DNA of 64,000 bases from IMG/VR virus record IMGVR_UViG_3300027668_002455, positions 111,850 to 175,849 of that record; one strand, 5' to 3'. Under the pieces are notes generated by a model that saw only the letters and a list, made by a program, of their open reading frames with translations, made no database searches and was not told where the DNA came from. The number at the start of each line of letters is the position of its first letter. Position 1 is the stretch's first letter. This DNA comes from a virus. Both the position numbers and the translations under genes were made by a program. Below, in pieces: positions 10,601 through 22,300 of this stretch.

Positions 10601-13600
10601 TGGAAGCCCGATTAGCAGACAACTCGACGCGAGTCCATCAAGATGGGTTCGCGGAAACGGGTACAAATATAGTAATGGTTCTGAGATTGCAGCGGGCTAC
10701 TCCACATGGAGCAATGGCGATATTATTGGGGTAGAGATTGATAGCACCGCAGGAACTTTCAAATTTAGGATTAACAATGGAAGTTGGACTACCGCATTCA
10801 CAGATTTAGGAGACACCACTTGGATACCCACGATAAAAATCGCGGAAACAAGCATTAAGTTGACCGTTAATTTTGGGCAAGATTATTATTTTGCCGGCGG
10901 CAAGCCCAGCGGTCAAGATACCAGCCAGACACAATTTTATTACGCGCCCCCGAGCGATGCAGTAGCACTTAGCTTGCTCACTGTGGGTCAAGCAACGGTC
11001 TCGAGCAGTAGGCCGGGGCAGGTGTTTGCTTTGCAGTCTGATGCGGAAGATGGTACCACGGAGTTTACGGATCTGTCATCTTATCGAAACGCCATAACAG
11101 CTAATGGCTCCGTTGAAAACTCAACCGATGTAAATAACCAAGCGGGAAATCAGGAGAGTAGCGTTTTCTTCAACAAAGCAGCTGGCACATTTCTTTCCTC
11201 AACCGCCGCAAAGGATGGTGCAAATTTTAATAACGACGATTGGACTGTGGAGCTCTGGGTGCGCCCAGATCACGCGCTGGGCAGCACCGCCGAATGCTTT
11301 ATGAGTTGCGGAGGCGGCACGGCTAATTGGAATAGTTCTACTGGACACAGCTGGGCTATCACTAATTATGCCAATAAGATTTATTGGCAGTGGAACACTA
11401 CTGGTTCGGGTTTTGGGGAAATTTATACGTCAAATACTGCTGTGCCGGCAAATGAGTGGACGCACATCGCGATGGTAAATCAGTCAGGAACGAAACGACT
11501 TTATATTGGCGGGGTTCAAAAAGGCGAGGACACTACAGAGAAAACAACAACGTCAATGCCCACTATGCTTTCATTTGGTCAAACCTCTGTGTTAAATGAA
11601 GGACCCTTTGGGGGGTACATTAATAACGCCAGTATCCAGCGCGACTACTGCAAATATCCCGACGGTGCCACCTTCCTTCCCTCCACGGCTCGCTTGGTCG
11701 GATATTGGAGTAGCGGAGCTACATGGATGAATAGGCAATATGGACCCGGTGAAGGGACTAACGGTCAGCCTTACTTTACTCCAAATACCAGCCAGTTTAT
11801 AGGAAATATCACAGTCGCGAACGATGGGGAGCTAGTAATACAAAAAGATTTTATTGGTACAGGTAAGCTGTTAAAAGTAACTCGTCCCGAGGATTCCATA
11901 GAAGTTGAAAGATCGGGGGGCCTTAATGTTCACGTGATTCAGTGGGGGAGTGGCAAACCCTATCCTACATACGGGACTCACTACCCATGGAATGACACCA
12001 TAAACAAAAATCGACCCGGTATAGATGAAAGTACATGGGTTCCGGGCGACTATGGTGACCTTGATGGCACGTCATTTTCGAGCCATCGCGGAAATTATAT
12101 CAGAGGTCATGTCGCCAATACTCCCGTTGTAGAAACTGAACACCTTATCAAAAAGAGATTTTTTGTGCAAAAGGTTCCGCTTAAGGGTGGGGAGAATTAT
12201 ACTATCTCGTGCAGGTCTTATAGGGCTACAAACACATCCCAAGGCAATGCCGGGTTTAAATTTGTTGCGTGGTTGGATTCAGGTAGTGGTCCCTATGCTG
12301 AATCAAGTACTTTTACCCCTATCGCAGAGAAGTTGTCTTCTGTAGATGAATCCCAAAATGCCATGTCTTATACCTTCACTGCCCCGCCGGGTACGATGGA
12401 AAGCTGGATCGGAGTAGAGCTTCTACACGGAAACTCAACTCTATACTTTGATAAAGTGACACTTGAAAGCAGTAAGGGTTTCCCCCTAACTAAAGCCAAA
12501 GCAATTAAGGAAAGATTAAGGGGCCCTACTGTAGATGGAAGCGGAAATCCAACAGGTGATAATTATTCCGTCGACATGTTTGCAAAAAAATATAGAATTG
12601 TAAACAAGCATTGTGTGGGAGCAGAAGTTCACCTTAAAATTGACGCCTTATATAACAGCGTTAAAAGCTCGGGCGACTTGATTGACGCCTCTATAAATAA
12701 TATCGTGGTTAAATTTAGACCACTTATACACAATGGTACCTCAGCTTATAAGGACGCCTATGATCAGCAAATTACCGGAAGGGCAGATGTACCATTTCTG
12801 TGGGTTTTTGATTTAGATTTTAAAGAAGTCATTAGTAGTTTCTCAGCTTCGGATAGAAATAACTTCTATGGATGGGAAATAAAAATTTATAGAACAGAGC
12901 CAGAAGTAACAGTAACGAACATAAAAAAATCTACAACAGTTGATGTGTTAGTAGAAAAATATGATACTGCGGCAGCCTATCCCAATTCCTCAGTCATTAG
13001 GCAGCGCTTTAATGCAGCGTATTTTAATAGCATTCCCAGTAGGTCTGTAGATGTTCGACTTCTTCGGGTAAGAGTTCCGAGTAATTATAATCCAATCAAA
13101 AAAACATACGACGAAAGCCAAGGCCCATGGGATGGCACATGGAAAACCCAAAAATACTGGACTGATAATCCGGCTTGGTGTTTTTTAGATATGATTACCA
13201 ATGACCGATATGGGTTGGGTCGGTATATACCCCTTGATGGTTTTGATAAGTGGACTCTTTATAAAATTGCACAATATTGTGATGTTATTGTCCCAGATGG
13301 TGCGGGGGGCATGGAGCCGCGATTGACCCTTAATACTATAATTACCAGTCGAGAAGATGCATTTAAAGTCATAAATGATATGGCAAGTGTTTTTAGGGGA
13401 CTTCTTTATTACGCTGCAGGACAAATTTACGCAATTCAAGATTCTAAAAAAGATCCGATTTATACTTTTACAAATGCAAACGCACAAGACGGAAACTTTA
13501 CTTACTCTAATAAGAGCCGTAAAGAAAGATATAATGTAGGCATTATAAGGTATAATGATAAAACAAATTTTTATAAGCCCGCAATAGAATATGTAGAAGA

Positions 13601-16304
13601 TTTGGCAGGTATTAGAGCTAACGGAGTTCGGGAACAAGAAATAACAGCATTTGGTTGCACTTCTCGTGGTCAAGCTATTAGGCTGGGTAAGTGGTTGGTT
13701 TATACAAATAATCTTGAAATAGAAAATGTATCTTTTAAAGCTGGCGTGGAGGCTAGTTATTTGCGTCCGGGAGATACCATATCCATATCTGATAATAACC
13801 GAAACCCATTCCGATGGGGAGGGCGAACAACAGTTATTTCAGGCGCAGACACGACTACGAATACACCCGAAACTATTCAGTTAGATTCCTTTTTGGACCC
13901 CGAATACATTAATAATGATCAAGTATACAAGTTATCCCTTATAACCCCCGGATGGAATTATGATAGTTACAATGTAAGCGGACTGAACTCCGACGACACC
14001 CCGGACATCAGGCGTAGTCAGGTGCAGGATTTTTTAATTAGCGGTAGCTTTATTGATATGGGTTTAGATTTAGAAACTACTGCTCCTCCAAAATTTAGCA
14101 CAATAAAATTAGGGGGTGCCACCGCAGTTCATTGGCCAGCATGGCTAGCTGGCGGTTTTGACGGCTCTACAAAAAATATTAACAGATCTGATTATACTGT
14201 AGGTAACAATCAGATTTGGACAATTAACCCAACAGGTAAAGAATTTGCCCTCGGAAGCTCTTTTGATGCATCTACTACTAAAGAGAAGCTTTTTCGAATA
14301 GTAGACGTAAAAGAAGATGAGAAACAAGTATTCTCGATTAAGGCTGTTGAAAATAACCCCATAAAATATGATAGAATAGAAGATGATTTATTATTCGAGC
14401 AGGCTGGGTTATATAACTCGCCCACACTAAAAGTTCCGGATGGACCCACGAGCCTCGCTCTTAAGATAGATCAATTTTCCCCAAATTCAGCACAAGTTAA
14501 ATATTCTATTGGGGCCCCAACCAGCAAAAATGGTTTAGACGCTTATCAGGTATTTGCAAAAGAAAATTCTCCTTTCTTTAGCATCTCAGACTTTACTGGA
14601 AATTACCCGGTGCTGTGGACACAGTATACCGGAGGATCACTAAGTGGACGGGCGTTTATAGATAATACCCCCCTTACAAAAGTAGTCTCTTCAGGTACCC
14701 AATATATCCCTGATAATGAACATAGAATCACCAGAATTCCAGCCCTAGCTCAGGCGCAAGGAATATTCAGACCTGAGCAATCAGGATCATGTCTATTTAA
14801 AGTATTTTCTGTGAATAACATGAATCAATACTCCTTGTCTTCTAGGTCCGAGAGGATAATCGTTCCCACGATTCACCCTATTGAAGATGTTGAGGTAGAA
14901 AACCTTGGACTATCAACCAATGAAGGTAGTCTTATAACGGCTGAAAAAAAGAAAAAACCAAGAATCGAATTTACTGGAGGTAGCCCAACTATACTTTGGA
15001 CATCGACACTAGCTGCGTCCGGGTTTGTACCAAGCTCCTATGCGTACAGACTTACGGTTAGAGAGCCTTCTGAAGGTACTCCCATTCCGAATCCAAACAT
15101 TATCCATGAGATAACAGGATACAAGTCCGCTGACCGAGCGGCGACAAACTTAAGTGGATTTGCATTTACTTATGATTTAACAGGAAATTTATTTTATGCT
15201 TCTGGGAGGCGGACTTTTGACATCGTAGTAGAAGCTCATAATGAATATGGTGAAAGCTCTGCGGGCGGTAAATTTGGGTACAGCCTAGATCCAAGCGCAC
15301 AGCCCTATACTGACAGTTCGGGGAATCTTATTACTGAAACTTATACAAAATTAGATTCTCATTATACCAACATATATGGGTATGATATAGTCAGGCTAAA
15401 TAATCCCCCCGTTCATGCCCACCTATCAAGCGACGGGGATGTTTGTGCTCCTAGTGATGATATTTGCACTACCCAGCAAATCACATTAGATAATAAAGTT
15501 AAAATGGTTTTTGAAAAAAATAGCCCCCAGAGTTTTAATAGGGATGTAGCTGGTGGATTTTTATACGTTTCCCCTCAGTATTTTGACGTTACTGGGGTAC
15601 AGGGTGTTCTTCAAAATGACTTGCGCCATGACATTCAAAGAATAAAATTTGATTATGCTCCGACCATTGAAGTTACCCCTACTGGGAATCTTTTACTAGA
15701 TGGTTCGGCTTATATGGCTTACAGCCTTTATGATACCTTTGATCAAGAGAGAGACATCGCGTATCGTACTAATACAAAAAATAATCCAATCAAAAATAGA
15801 GGCTTTGATATGGCTAGAATGTTATCTGTAAGCTCTGTTCGTGAAGTTAAACTCGACGACACAAACACAGTAAGAAAGATTATTAAACAGGGAAATCAAA
15901 CCCTCACGTTTACCCTACCAGCCCAACGCCAATGGCACTTCCTTAAGATAGAGGGATCTCTCCAAGGGGAGAGGACCTTGTATACTAACGCTGAGTCTCA
16001 AAATGAGAAATGGCAGGAATTAAGTGAACTCAAAAATTGGAAAGTTTATGTTAATGACATCAGGGTAGATCAAGCTGAAAACTGGGCTTCTAATCCGCCC
16101 TCGGATAAAAACTTTGTATTTTGTAAAAATTCAAAATGGAATGGATCAACAGATTTATTGCCAGTATTTAATATACTTTCTAAAGGCGTTCCGCTTGAAC
16201 AATTTAATAGAGACACAACCCTTACGGTTAAGCTAGAATTTGAAGGGACTAATGTGGAATTTATTAACTTCAGCGCTGAAGCTGATTATGGAAGAAGGTA
16301 TTAG
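7674..16304 (+). CDS. Host-specificity/central tail fibre protein, lambda gpJ-like, with inserted LamG/ConA-like, SPRY-like and carbohydrate-binding-like domains
   Basis: DLIAEGPIEG, YLNDTPV, YPNS, RVRVPSNYNP, WTDNPAWCFLDMITNDRYGLG, AFGCTSRGQAIRLGKW, LRPGD. Insert has repeated T(V/F)ExW...WxH(V/I)A...G(Y)IDE motifs. Confidence 0.9.
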   Translation: MANAEPGIIVDGIKKKSISNIETIDLIAEGPIEGPVKQEYDYVGTLGATGWDTVNAQPEKNFLSSLYLNDTPVMDEQGLYNFQNIEVAITKGQPNGGIGNAQYFNDWDMHEAGVDYWKGNSPASFNINVSPDTEQNPEQYQNCELTKVINPNPRSVSTYRQKQAVLSLGSGYPERSSSAAYGEYSVKMPPSAALVVRDPVLGDDLYNFWPRQGGFVATEEEDYTPEEIIEAQNKQAFTFEAQVQGSDSNGPQVLAGKGNPNYPGGWVLMMVPSNEALDDDGNFYFKVTFINNNISLDTGHVMQFGVWSHVAVCLSERAVKIFINGVEQTGGGKNYPNIKLSSPTDLFLGRHPDGSTNPLRNVFLDNICMSNRAKYATNFTPGKVEPNDSTLFLIDGEDWRFEGEVPIIPQDDSIEINTMLRGTLVNDQRFVLQSNQILKDLNTAANATFYDFSCVNAKLLKNNTPQYDTTITDPGGGSTPSIYFDGTEGLANEGTLQNTSRMVDSLTPHAEVFLNPNYYNYTTNGSREWLFETWIYPASMSNGDEQFVAGLMRGDGTSAPWMLTTKHESGATKIYWSCVDITDESVKQLSGSISTASWNHVQVIYNGSYCRLFVDGIQVDTRGIIPSHETLNEDTRFCIARSHPNVIMDSFKGYIFNARILGGESIAPVETGNTSVWRKITAMGPSVPTAAFTSTTNCKLLLHSNTTDGSTTFTDSTGNYSIGRFGNAVNSTTKKKFGTSSIYFDGWNDGGELASSLYIDTTAGQLGVGVYTVEMWFNTSKSGLQYLISRNSSQQYGGLCISPESNYIQWGGNCTGPVLHASGVTINLNTWHHVAVVSNGKGNSAHIYFDGVQVGHTSSWDNWGYPTASHRITIGAQTYNGARPRYLFEGYIDEIRWSDVPRYSPQENYATLSSTDFAGCGVLGDGNLSFTDASGHCAARSTQTIAPGKGKIYFEVLCIDAASIWSSPPAIGVMGVGSPISRQLDASPSRWVRGNGYKYSNGSEIAAGYSTWSNGDIIGVEIDSTAGTFKFRINNGSWTTAFTDLGDTTWIPTIKIAETSIKLTVNFGQDYYFAGGKPSGQDTSQTQFYYAPPSDAVALSLLTVGQATVSSSRPGQVFALQSDAEDGTTEFTDLSSYRNAITANGSVENSTDVNNQAGNQESSVFFNKAAGTFLSSTAAKDGANFNNDDWTVELWVRPDHALGSTAECFMSCGGGTANWNSSTGHSWAITNYANKIYWQWNTTGSGFGEIYTSNTAVPANEWTHIAMVNQSGTKRLYIGGVQKGEDTTEKTTTSMPTMLSFGQTSVLNEGPFGGYINNASIQRDYCKYPDGATFLPSTARLVGYWSSGATWMNRQYGPGEGTNGQPYFTPNTSQFIGNITVANDGELVIQKDFIGTGKLLKVTRPEDSIEVERSGGLNVHVIQWGSGKPYPTYGTHYPWNDTINKNRPGIDESTWVPGDYGDLDGTSFSSHRGNYIRGHVANTPVVETEHLIKKRFFVQKVPLKGGENYTISCRSYRATNTSQGNAGFKFVAWLDSGSGPYAESSTFTPIAEKLSSVDESQNAMSYTFTAPPGTMESWIGVELLHGNSTLYFDKVTLESSKGFPLTKAKAIKERLRGPTVDGSGNPTGDNYSVDMFAKKYRIVNKHCVGAEVHLKIDALYNSVKSSGDLIDASINNIVVKFRPLIHNGTSAYKDAYDQQITGRADVPFLWVFDLDFKEVISSFSASDRNNFYGWEIKIYRTEPEVTVTNIKKSTTVDVLVEKYDTAAAYPNSSVIRQRFNAAYFNSIPSRSVDVRLLRVRVPSNYNPIKKTYDESQGPWDGTWKTQKYWTDNPAWCFLDMITNDRYGLGRYIPLDGFDKWTLYKIAQYCDVIVPDGAGGMEPRLTLNTIITSREDAFKVINDMASVFRGLLYYAAGQIYAIQDSKKDPIYTFTNANAQDGNFTYSNKSRKERYNVGIIRYNDKTNFYKPAIEYVEDLAGIRANGVREQEITAFGCTSRGQAIRLGKWLVYTNNLEIENVSFKAGVEASYLRPGDTISISDNNRNPFRWGGRTTVISGADTTTNTPETIQLDSFLDPEYINNDQVYKLSLITPGWNYDSYNVSGLNSDDTPDIRRSQVQDFLISGSFIDMGLDLETTAPPKFSTIKLGGATAVHWPAWLAGGFDGSTKNINRSDYTVGNNQIWTINPTGKEFALGSSFDASTTKEKLFRIVDVKEDEKQVFSIKAVENNPIKYDRIEDDLLFEQAGLYNSPTLKVPDGPTSLALKIDQFSPNSAQVKYSIGAPTSKNGLDAYQVFAKENSPFFSISDFTGNYPVLWTQYTGGSLSGRAFIDNTPLTKVVSSGTQYIPDNEHRITRIPALAQAQGIFRPEQSGSCLFKVFSVNNMNQYSLSSRSERIIVPTIHPIEDVEVENLGLSTNEGSLITAEKKKKPRIEFTGGSPTILWTSTLAASGFVPSSYAYRLTVREPSEGTPIPNPNIIHEITGYKSADRAATNLSGFAFTYDLTGNLFYASGRRTFDIVVEAHNEYGESSAGGKFGYSLDPSAQPYTDSSGNLITETYTKLDSHYTNIYGYDIVRLNNPPVHAHLSSDGDVCAPSDDICTTQQITLDNKVKMVFEKNSPQSFNRDVAGGFLYVSPQYFDVTGVQGVLQNDLRHDIQRIKFDYAPTIEVTPTGNLLLDGSAYMAYSLYDTFDQERDIAYRTNTKNNPIKNRGFDMARMLSVSSVREVKLDDTNTVRKIIKQGNQTLTFTLPAQRQWHFLKIEGSLQGERTLYTNAESQNEKWQELSELKNWKVYVNDIRVDQAENWASNPPSDKNFVFCKNSKWNGSTDLLPVFNILSKGVPLEQFNRDTTLTVKLEFEGTNVEFINFSAEADYGRRY

Positions 16305-19300
16305 CTTCTCTTTTCGCTGTAGAGAAGACCACCGGGGCGTTTTTGGTAAACAATCTCCTGTACCACTGCGCCTTTAATTCTAACGCCAAGCTCTTTATTG
16401 CGCTCGTTTTCCTCTAATCCGCCCTGTGTATTTTGATCCTTTTCGCCGAGTGCTGTCCTTCCGTCGTCACTACCGCCACCCTCATTGGTAACATTAACAT
16501 TGATAGTAAAGTCATTATTAACTGAGGAAGCGCTTCCGCCGCCAGAAGAAGGTGTCTCACCCCCGCCTCGTGGACCTACGTAGCCGCCCTCGGCAAAGTG
16601 CTGTACTTCTCCTTTATTTAATTTGTTCATGAAACCCATACCATACAAGTCTACGGTTTCCTTGGGAACCACCCACTCCCCGGCTGTTAGCATGGCGGGA
16701 ACCGTGTCCCGGCCCCTTGTGTGTGCAGGTCCCCCAGCAGCCACGTGCATCGTATCGTGATCCTGCCTAAATAACTTCAGCCTTGACGCATCGATCATTG
16801 TCTTCGGTCTCGTAATTCCGCCACCGCCGTCACCTTTCGTTAAGTTACTGGTTGCGCCCAAGATATTCACATCGCCTAAGCCGCCCTTTTTGCCCGTGCC
16901 CCCAGCTTTCTTCGATGGTGTCGTCAAGGGGCTGCCATAATTCGCTCCCGGTTGAAAACCTAACAATTGTTGTAGAAAGTTTTGTTTGGGAGTTCTGTCC
17001 TTTGTGAATTGCTTAAGCATAGCTTGATCCTGCATCTGCTCCATTACTCTATCAGCCCGGGCAACTTTATCCGACCCGTACACGCCTCCGCCGGGTGCCG
17101 TAGCAGGAAACCCTGTAGTCTTAGCCATCTGCATGTCCCGCACGCCTTGTGCCTTGTACTGCTGGACTTCTATCTGCGCAGGCGTACCCCCAATCGAACT
17201 GACGGGCGCACTGCTTATCGCCTGTGCCCAACCGCTACTGCCGGGTTTAATGACTTTTCCGCCTTTCGTTAGGACCTCGCCCGACTTGAGTGGCTTGCCC
17301 GTTTTCGGGTTCTTCGCCTTGGGCGAGGAACCCATTGACTGCATTCCAGCCTGAATGCCCACCATTGCAATTTGCATAACTGCGCTTTGAATGATCTTCC
17401 TTCTTTGGGTCTTGTATGCCATCATGGCATTTTTCTTCATTTCATCATCGGCGGCTTTGTCTTTGAGGTATTGATCAAGGGTAGCTTCTCTAGAGAATTT
17501 ATATGCATTTTGCGGATTGCTGCTATCCATCTGTCCGAGGGCCGACAGCCTAGAATCAACATTAAACGACCCCGCCGTAGGTTTCTTTGGGTCATTCCAG
17601 TCGTAGGTGTTTTGAAGGTTACTCCGCGCAGAATCAGCCGACCCACCAGCTGCAAATTTATTAACTCTTCCTGCATTTAGATCGTTTAGATAATTAGTTC
17701 CATATTTGCGAGCAGATGATTCTTTTATGACATACTCTCCACGTCCCAATCTGGCGGGAATGTCATCTACACCACCCTTACCGCCCGACACTAGACCACC
17801 CTTCTGGAAAGTCTGGACACCCCGTATGCCGCCTACGACATGACCGCCTGTGGCAGCACCCGGAGCACCGGGTTGAGGTATTAAAGCTTTTCCAACAGCA
17901 TTAAAAGCAGTATTAACGAGGCTACTAATGGAGGTGCTGAGCATATCAGCAGCTATATCCTGCATTACCTTGGCCATCGCCTCCCTGAAGGTCATGGTGC
18001 CATTAATGGCAGCAGCAAAAGCGTCTTTTACGCCATCCTTGAATGCCTTACCATTCCGATCAATCATTTTGATAAAATCTTTTTGGGCCGCATTTTTTTC
18101 TAGATGAGTTAGAGCCATAAGGGTGCTTTTAAGTGCGCTGTTAAAATCCCCCGCGCTCATGTCACCCTCCATCATGGTTTCAGCTAGCGCCCTCATGCCT
18201 GACTCGTACTCCGCCTGTGCGATGGTTCCGTCAGCGAGTGCTAGATTAAGTCTTTCTTGCTCCATTGGAGCACGCGCTTTCGCCATTCTGATCTCAGCTT
18301 GATTGGCATTAATCTGCCCATCTTTTAGCTGATTAAGAATATCGACCCTCTTTTTATCTAATTCAATCGAGTCGTTTTCAAGTTTATTAAGATTTTGTTT
18401 AGTCAGTGCCATCCCCATTGCGCGCCGAGCACCAATATCCGTATTGTCAGCCTCCATACCAGCGTTCATTGCACCAAGTTTGGTGTTAAGACTCGCGCCA
18501 AACGCGCCCTTTACTTCGCCCTCCCGCTTATCCCGCATTCGGCCAGCGTCCTTATAGATATTGAGGGGGTTGTACACGTCATCATTACTAAGGTTGTCCA
18601 GTGTCGTCTGTACATTGTCATAAGTGCTGCCGCCTTTGAGCATTTTTGCATTGTTTCGGTCAACTTCATCCTGTTTTAGTTTTTTCGGATCATAGGATCC
18701 CAGCATACCTAATTCGCGATTTAGTTTTGCTGTTGCGTGTGTCGCTTCTTTTGTCTTCTCACTAAGTAGGAAGTTAGCAGTCGCTTGGGTGATTATCCCG
18801 TTGGAAACTTTTTGCGCAATTTCTGTTCTGTATAGATCAAGTTCGTTATTTTTCTCAATAGCAGCGGCTAAGTCCCCAGTAACTTTATAGTATTCCACGG
18901 CAGCTGCTTTTTGTGACTCTATGACTTGTGCGTTGGCAGCATTAAGACTACCGATTAAAGCCGAACCAAGTTTTTTAGTTACTTCGCTGCTCCTCATCGC
19001 GCGTACCGCCTCGTTACCCACATCTCCTAAGGCTGCGACATAGCCCTTTAAACTTTCCCCCGCCTGCCTAGTTCCGTCTTCTACGCCTTCTTGCAAAAAT
19101 TTAGTAATATCGCTTTTAAATTGATCTGGGTCTAAAAAGCCTTTTTCGCGTTTGGATTTTTTCACTGCCTCTTGTGCTTTTCTCATCGCCTCAGCCAACT
19201 CTGTGATGTCGTCACCCGCGATTTCTCCATCCGCAGCGACACTCCTTAGTACAGTACCCAAGTTGCTCATCGCGTTCGTAGCCACTTCACCCTCAATACC

Positions 19301-22300
19301 ATATTTCGACATCTGTAACCTTAGGTCCTGCATCGAGGAGGAGGTCTCAAGGATTACGTCTCTTGCATCGATACTACCCTTAATTGCCGCAGACTCTTTA
19401 TCCCTAGCCTCAGAAAGTTTGAGCAATTGGTCGATTTGTTTGGTTAAATCAACCTCGGTCTTTTTACCCTTAGCATCATTGACTAGCGCATCCATGGTTT
19501 TCGAAATACCATTTTGTACTTCTTCAAAATTTTTCCTGCCAGCCGTGAATGACGACATATTAATGGTATCTTGGAAGAGCATTATTTCTTTTCGAGCTTG
19601 CTTAAGCTTCTCTGCCATAAGTGCAGGGTCTATATCTTTTAAATCAAGATCTTGTCCTTTCTGATTTTTAAACAATGAGTCACTCAGCTCTGTCATGAAT
19701 TTTTCAACTTTTTCCCGTTCTTTGTCGGGTAAAGATCTATTCGACCCACTAAAATCTTGGACAGCCTTCGCTATATTCTCCATATTAGCCGCACGACTTG
19801 GAGCAGCGATTGTCTCGACCTTGTCCCGAGCTCTTCCCGCTTGAACCGGGTTCAGTGGATTACCGTCCCCAAAGGGTGCGGACGTCTCACCCAAGGATAT
19901 CATCTGTGCCTTAGTCTTTATCTCTTCAAGTGAGTCTTTAAGTTGTTTCATATCTGCGGCAGAAAGTACACCATCATCATCAGTAAGCCTCGTAAGTAGT
20001 TCGTTCATGTCATAAAAGCCATCAACAATCATTTGGTCACCTTCTTTTGTGCCTGCGAAACCCTTAAGATTTGACATCTCGCCAAACGCCTTGCTGATCA
20101 TCGTCGTCATCGACCCTACATTTTCCCTGCTCTTCTCCATGCCCCCCTTATCCAGCTGGTTGAGCGCTGTAGTCAACTTACCTAGACTAGTTGTATTGTT
20201 CTGAAGTTCGGTTTTTAGCTGACCGATTTCTTTATTATATTGTGTGATCGCCTTCTCCTGCGAGGCCTTCGCCCTTTCCAGATTCGCAATACTCTTCTCG
20301 GCAGCTACTCTCTTTTTGGTGGCTTCATCCGCAGCGCGCTGCCAAGTTGATTCATTCGCCAACATAGCATCATACTCTCGAGTGTTCTCACGCTTGTTAC
20401 TCGGAAAATCGGGCTTTCCCGCTCTGAAGGCCTCCTCGTACATTGGTGTACCGTATTTGTGGCCCGCCGGCAGTGCTTTGCCCTCCTCGGGTGTTCGCCC
20501 CCAGCGACCAGTGTCCTTGTCACCGATCCAAGTCCCTCCTCTGGCATTCTTTTCAAAAGCTTCGCGGGCTGCCCTTGTTGTTTCTTTATTTTTCAGTGAA
20601 GTTTCTTCGTTTTGTTTCAAAAGAGCCAACCCCTCAATAGTTTTAGTAAGGGCGGCACTGGTTCTGGCAAAGGCTTCTGCCGCGACGCCGCGGGCGTGCT
20701 CGCGCCCTTTTAAAGTTTGCGCGATTTTGTCCCCTTCGGCTCCCCCTCCAGCATATTGTTTTTGTAATCTTTGAAGTTCCTTTGACTGTTCACTCCCGGC
20801 TGAGAAAGCTGCCATTGGATTACCCAAACCCCTTCTCGCTGCCCAATTGGCTCTGGGTTGCCCGGGGATGCTACCGCCCCCACCAAAGCCCGGGCCGCGA
20901 TCACCACCGACGCCGCCCTGCGCGCCAATGGGCAGCCCGGTGACAGGGTCAGTTCCCCCTCCCCCTTCTTTACCAGCATCCTGCCAATTTGCAATAAACA
21001 CCTTTAAGTTGTTTTTGCCATCAAATGAGAATCTCTCGTTTTGAGAAAACAGATCTTTTATCTCTCTGTCAGGTTTAATTAAATTTTTAGCTTGAGTTCT
21101 TGAAATGTCTTCTAGTTTTTTGTTGCTGAAGATTTGCTCCGACGACCCACCGAGCATTTTATCTAAGAATAACCTATGATTCTTTTGAAGTTGCTGGGTT
21201 AAGGGTTCAACATAGGCATTAGCGGGGTTATTGCCACCGGGGTCGGTAAGGCTTCTGAGCATTTTAAGATTGGCTATCATGCCGCTCGTTTGTAAATCCC
21301 TGCCCGAATCCCCAAGCATATTTCCTTGTTTATAATTTAATTTGTTAGATTCCCAGTCTTTAAAAGCTTTGATGGGGGCTCCGGCAGCGCCCCCGATACC
21401 ACCTGCAAAACTTATTTGCTGAGCTAATTTCAACTGAGCCGTAGCAGCTACTTTCATCGCTTTCGCGTAGTCCATCTCTGCCTTCTGCTTAGCCCTCATC
21501 ACTGTAATTTCTCGAGATGTTGCGGAAGTGAGGTCCTCTAACGCTTCCCGATGCTTCTTCATATTAGCGACAACAACTCTATTCTCCGCACCACCGGCGG
21601 GGCCCTTTGCCATTTTAATGGCATCAGCGATAGCCTTGTCTGCCCCTGATAAATCTGCATTTCTTATTGCTTCAAAAAATGCTGGGCCAAACTTTTTATT
21701 TATTTGGTTCTGAAAGTCTTTACCCATGAAGCCGCCCTTCTGAGGAGTAAGCTTTTCAGTCCCCCTTACCTTACTAAGAAGATGTGTTTCGAGATCCGAC
21801 ATTAGAGCTTCTTGTTTTTTAACCTGAAGGTCATTTAGCTCGTTCGCATGTTTTATTCTGAGCCTGCGCTCTTCTGAAGCGGCGTTAAATTCTATTAGCG
21901 TTCGTTCTGAAGCTGTTTTAGAAAGATTATCTACTAGAGTCTTAGTTCCAAGGTCAAACATCTTAAGAGTCTGATCTTCGAAAAGTTTAGTTAGTGATTT
22001 TTTTAATGTTATTTGATTTTTAAGACCCTTAAGGTTGTTTTTGAATTTTTGAATTTCGTCATGAAGAAGACTAGTTTCCTTCGCAAATGCATCCTCTTCT
22101 TTAATCAAGCCCTCTTCCATAGTGGCCCGCCGCTTTAAAATTGGAAGTAATTTTCCATTGATGATCATGTGCAATCTCATGAAGTCATCTTCATCTAGAT
22201 TAACTTTTTGATCCATTTCCTTGAGTGATTCGAGAAGATCCTTCTGCTCTGCTGAAAGACCGTCAAGGGAAGAGAGTTGTGCCACCACCTTCCTATTGTA

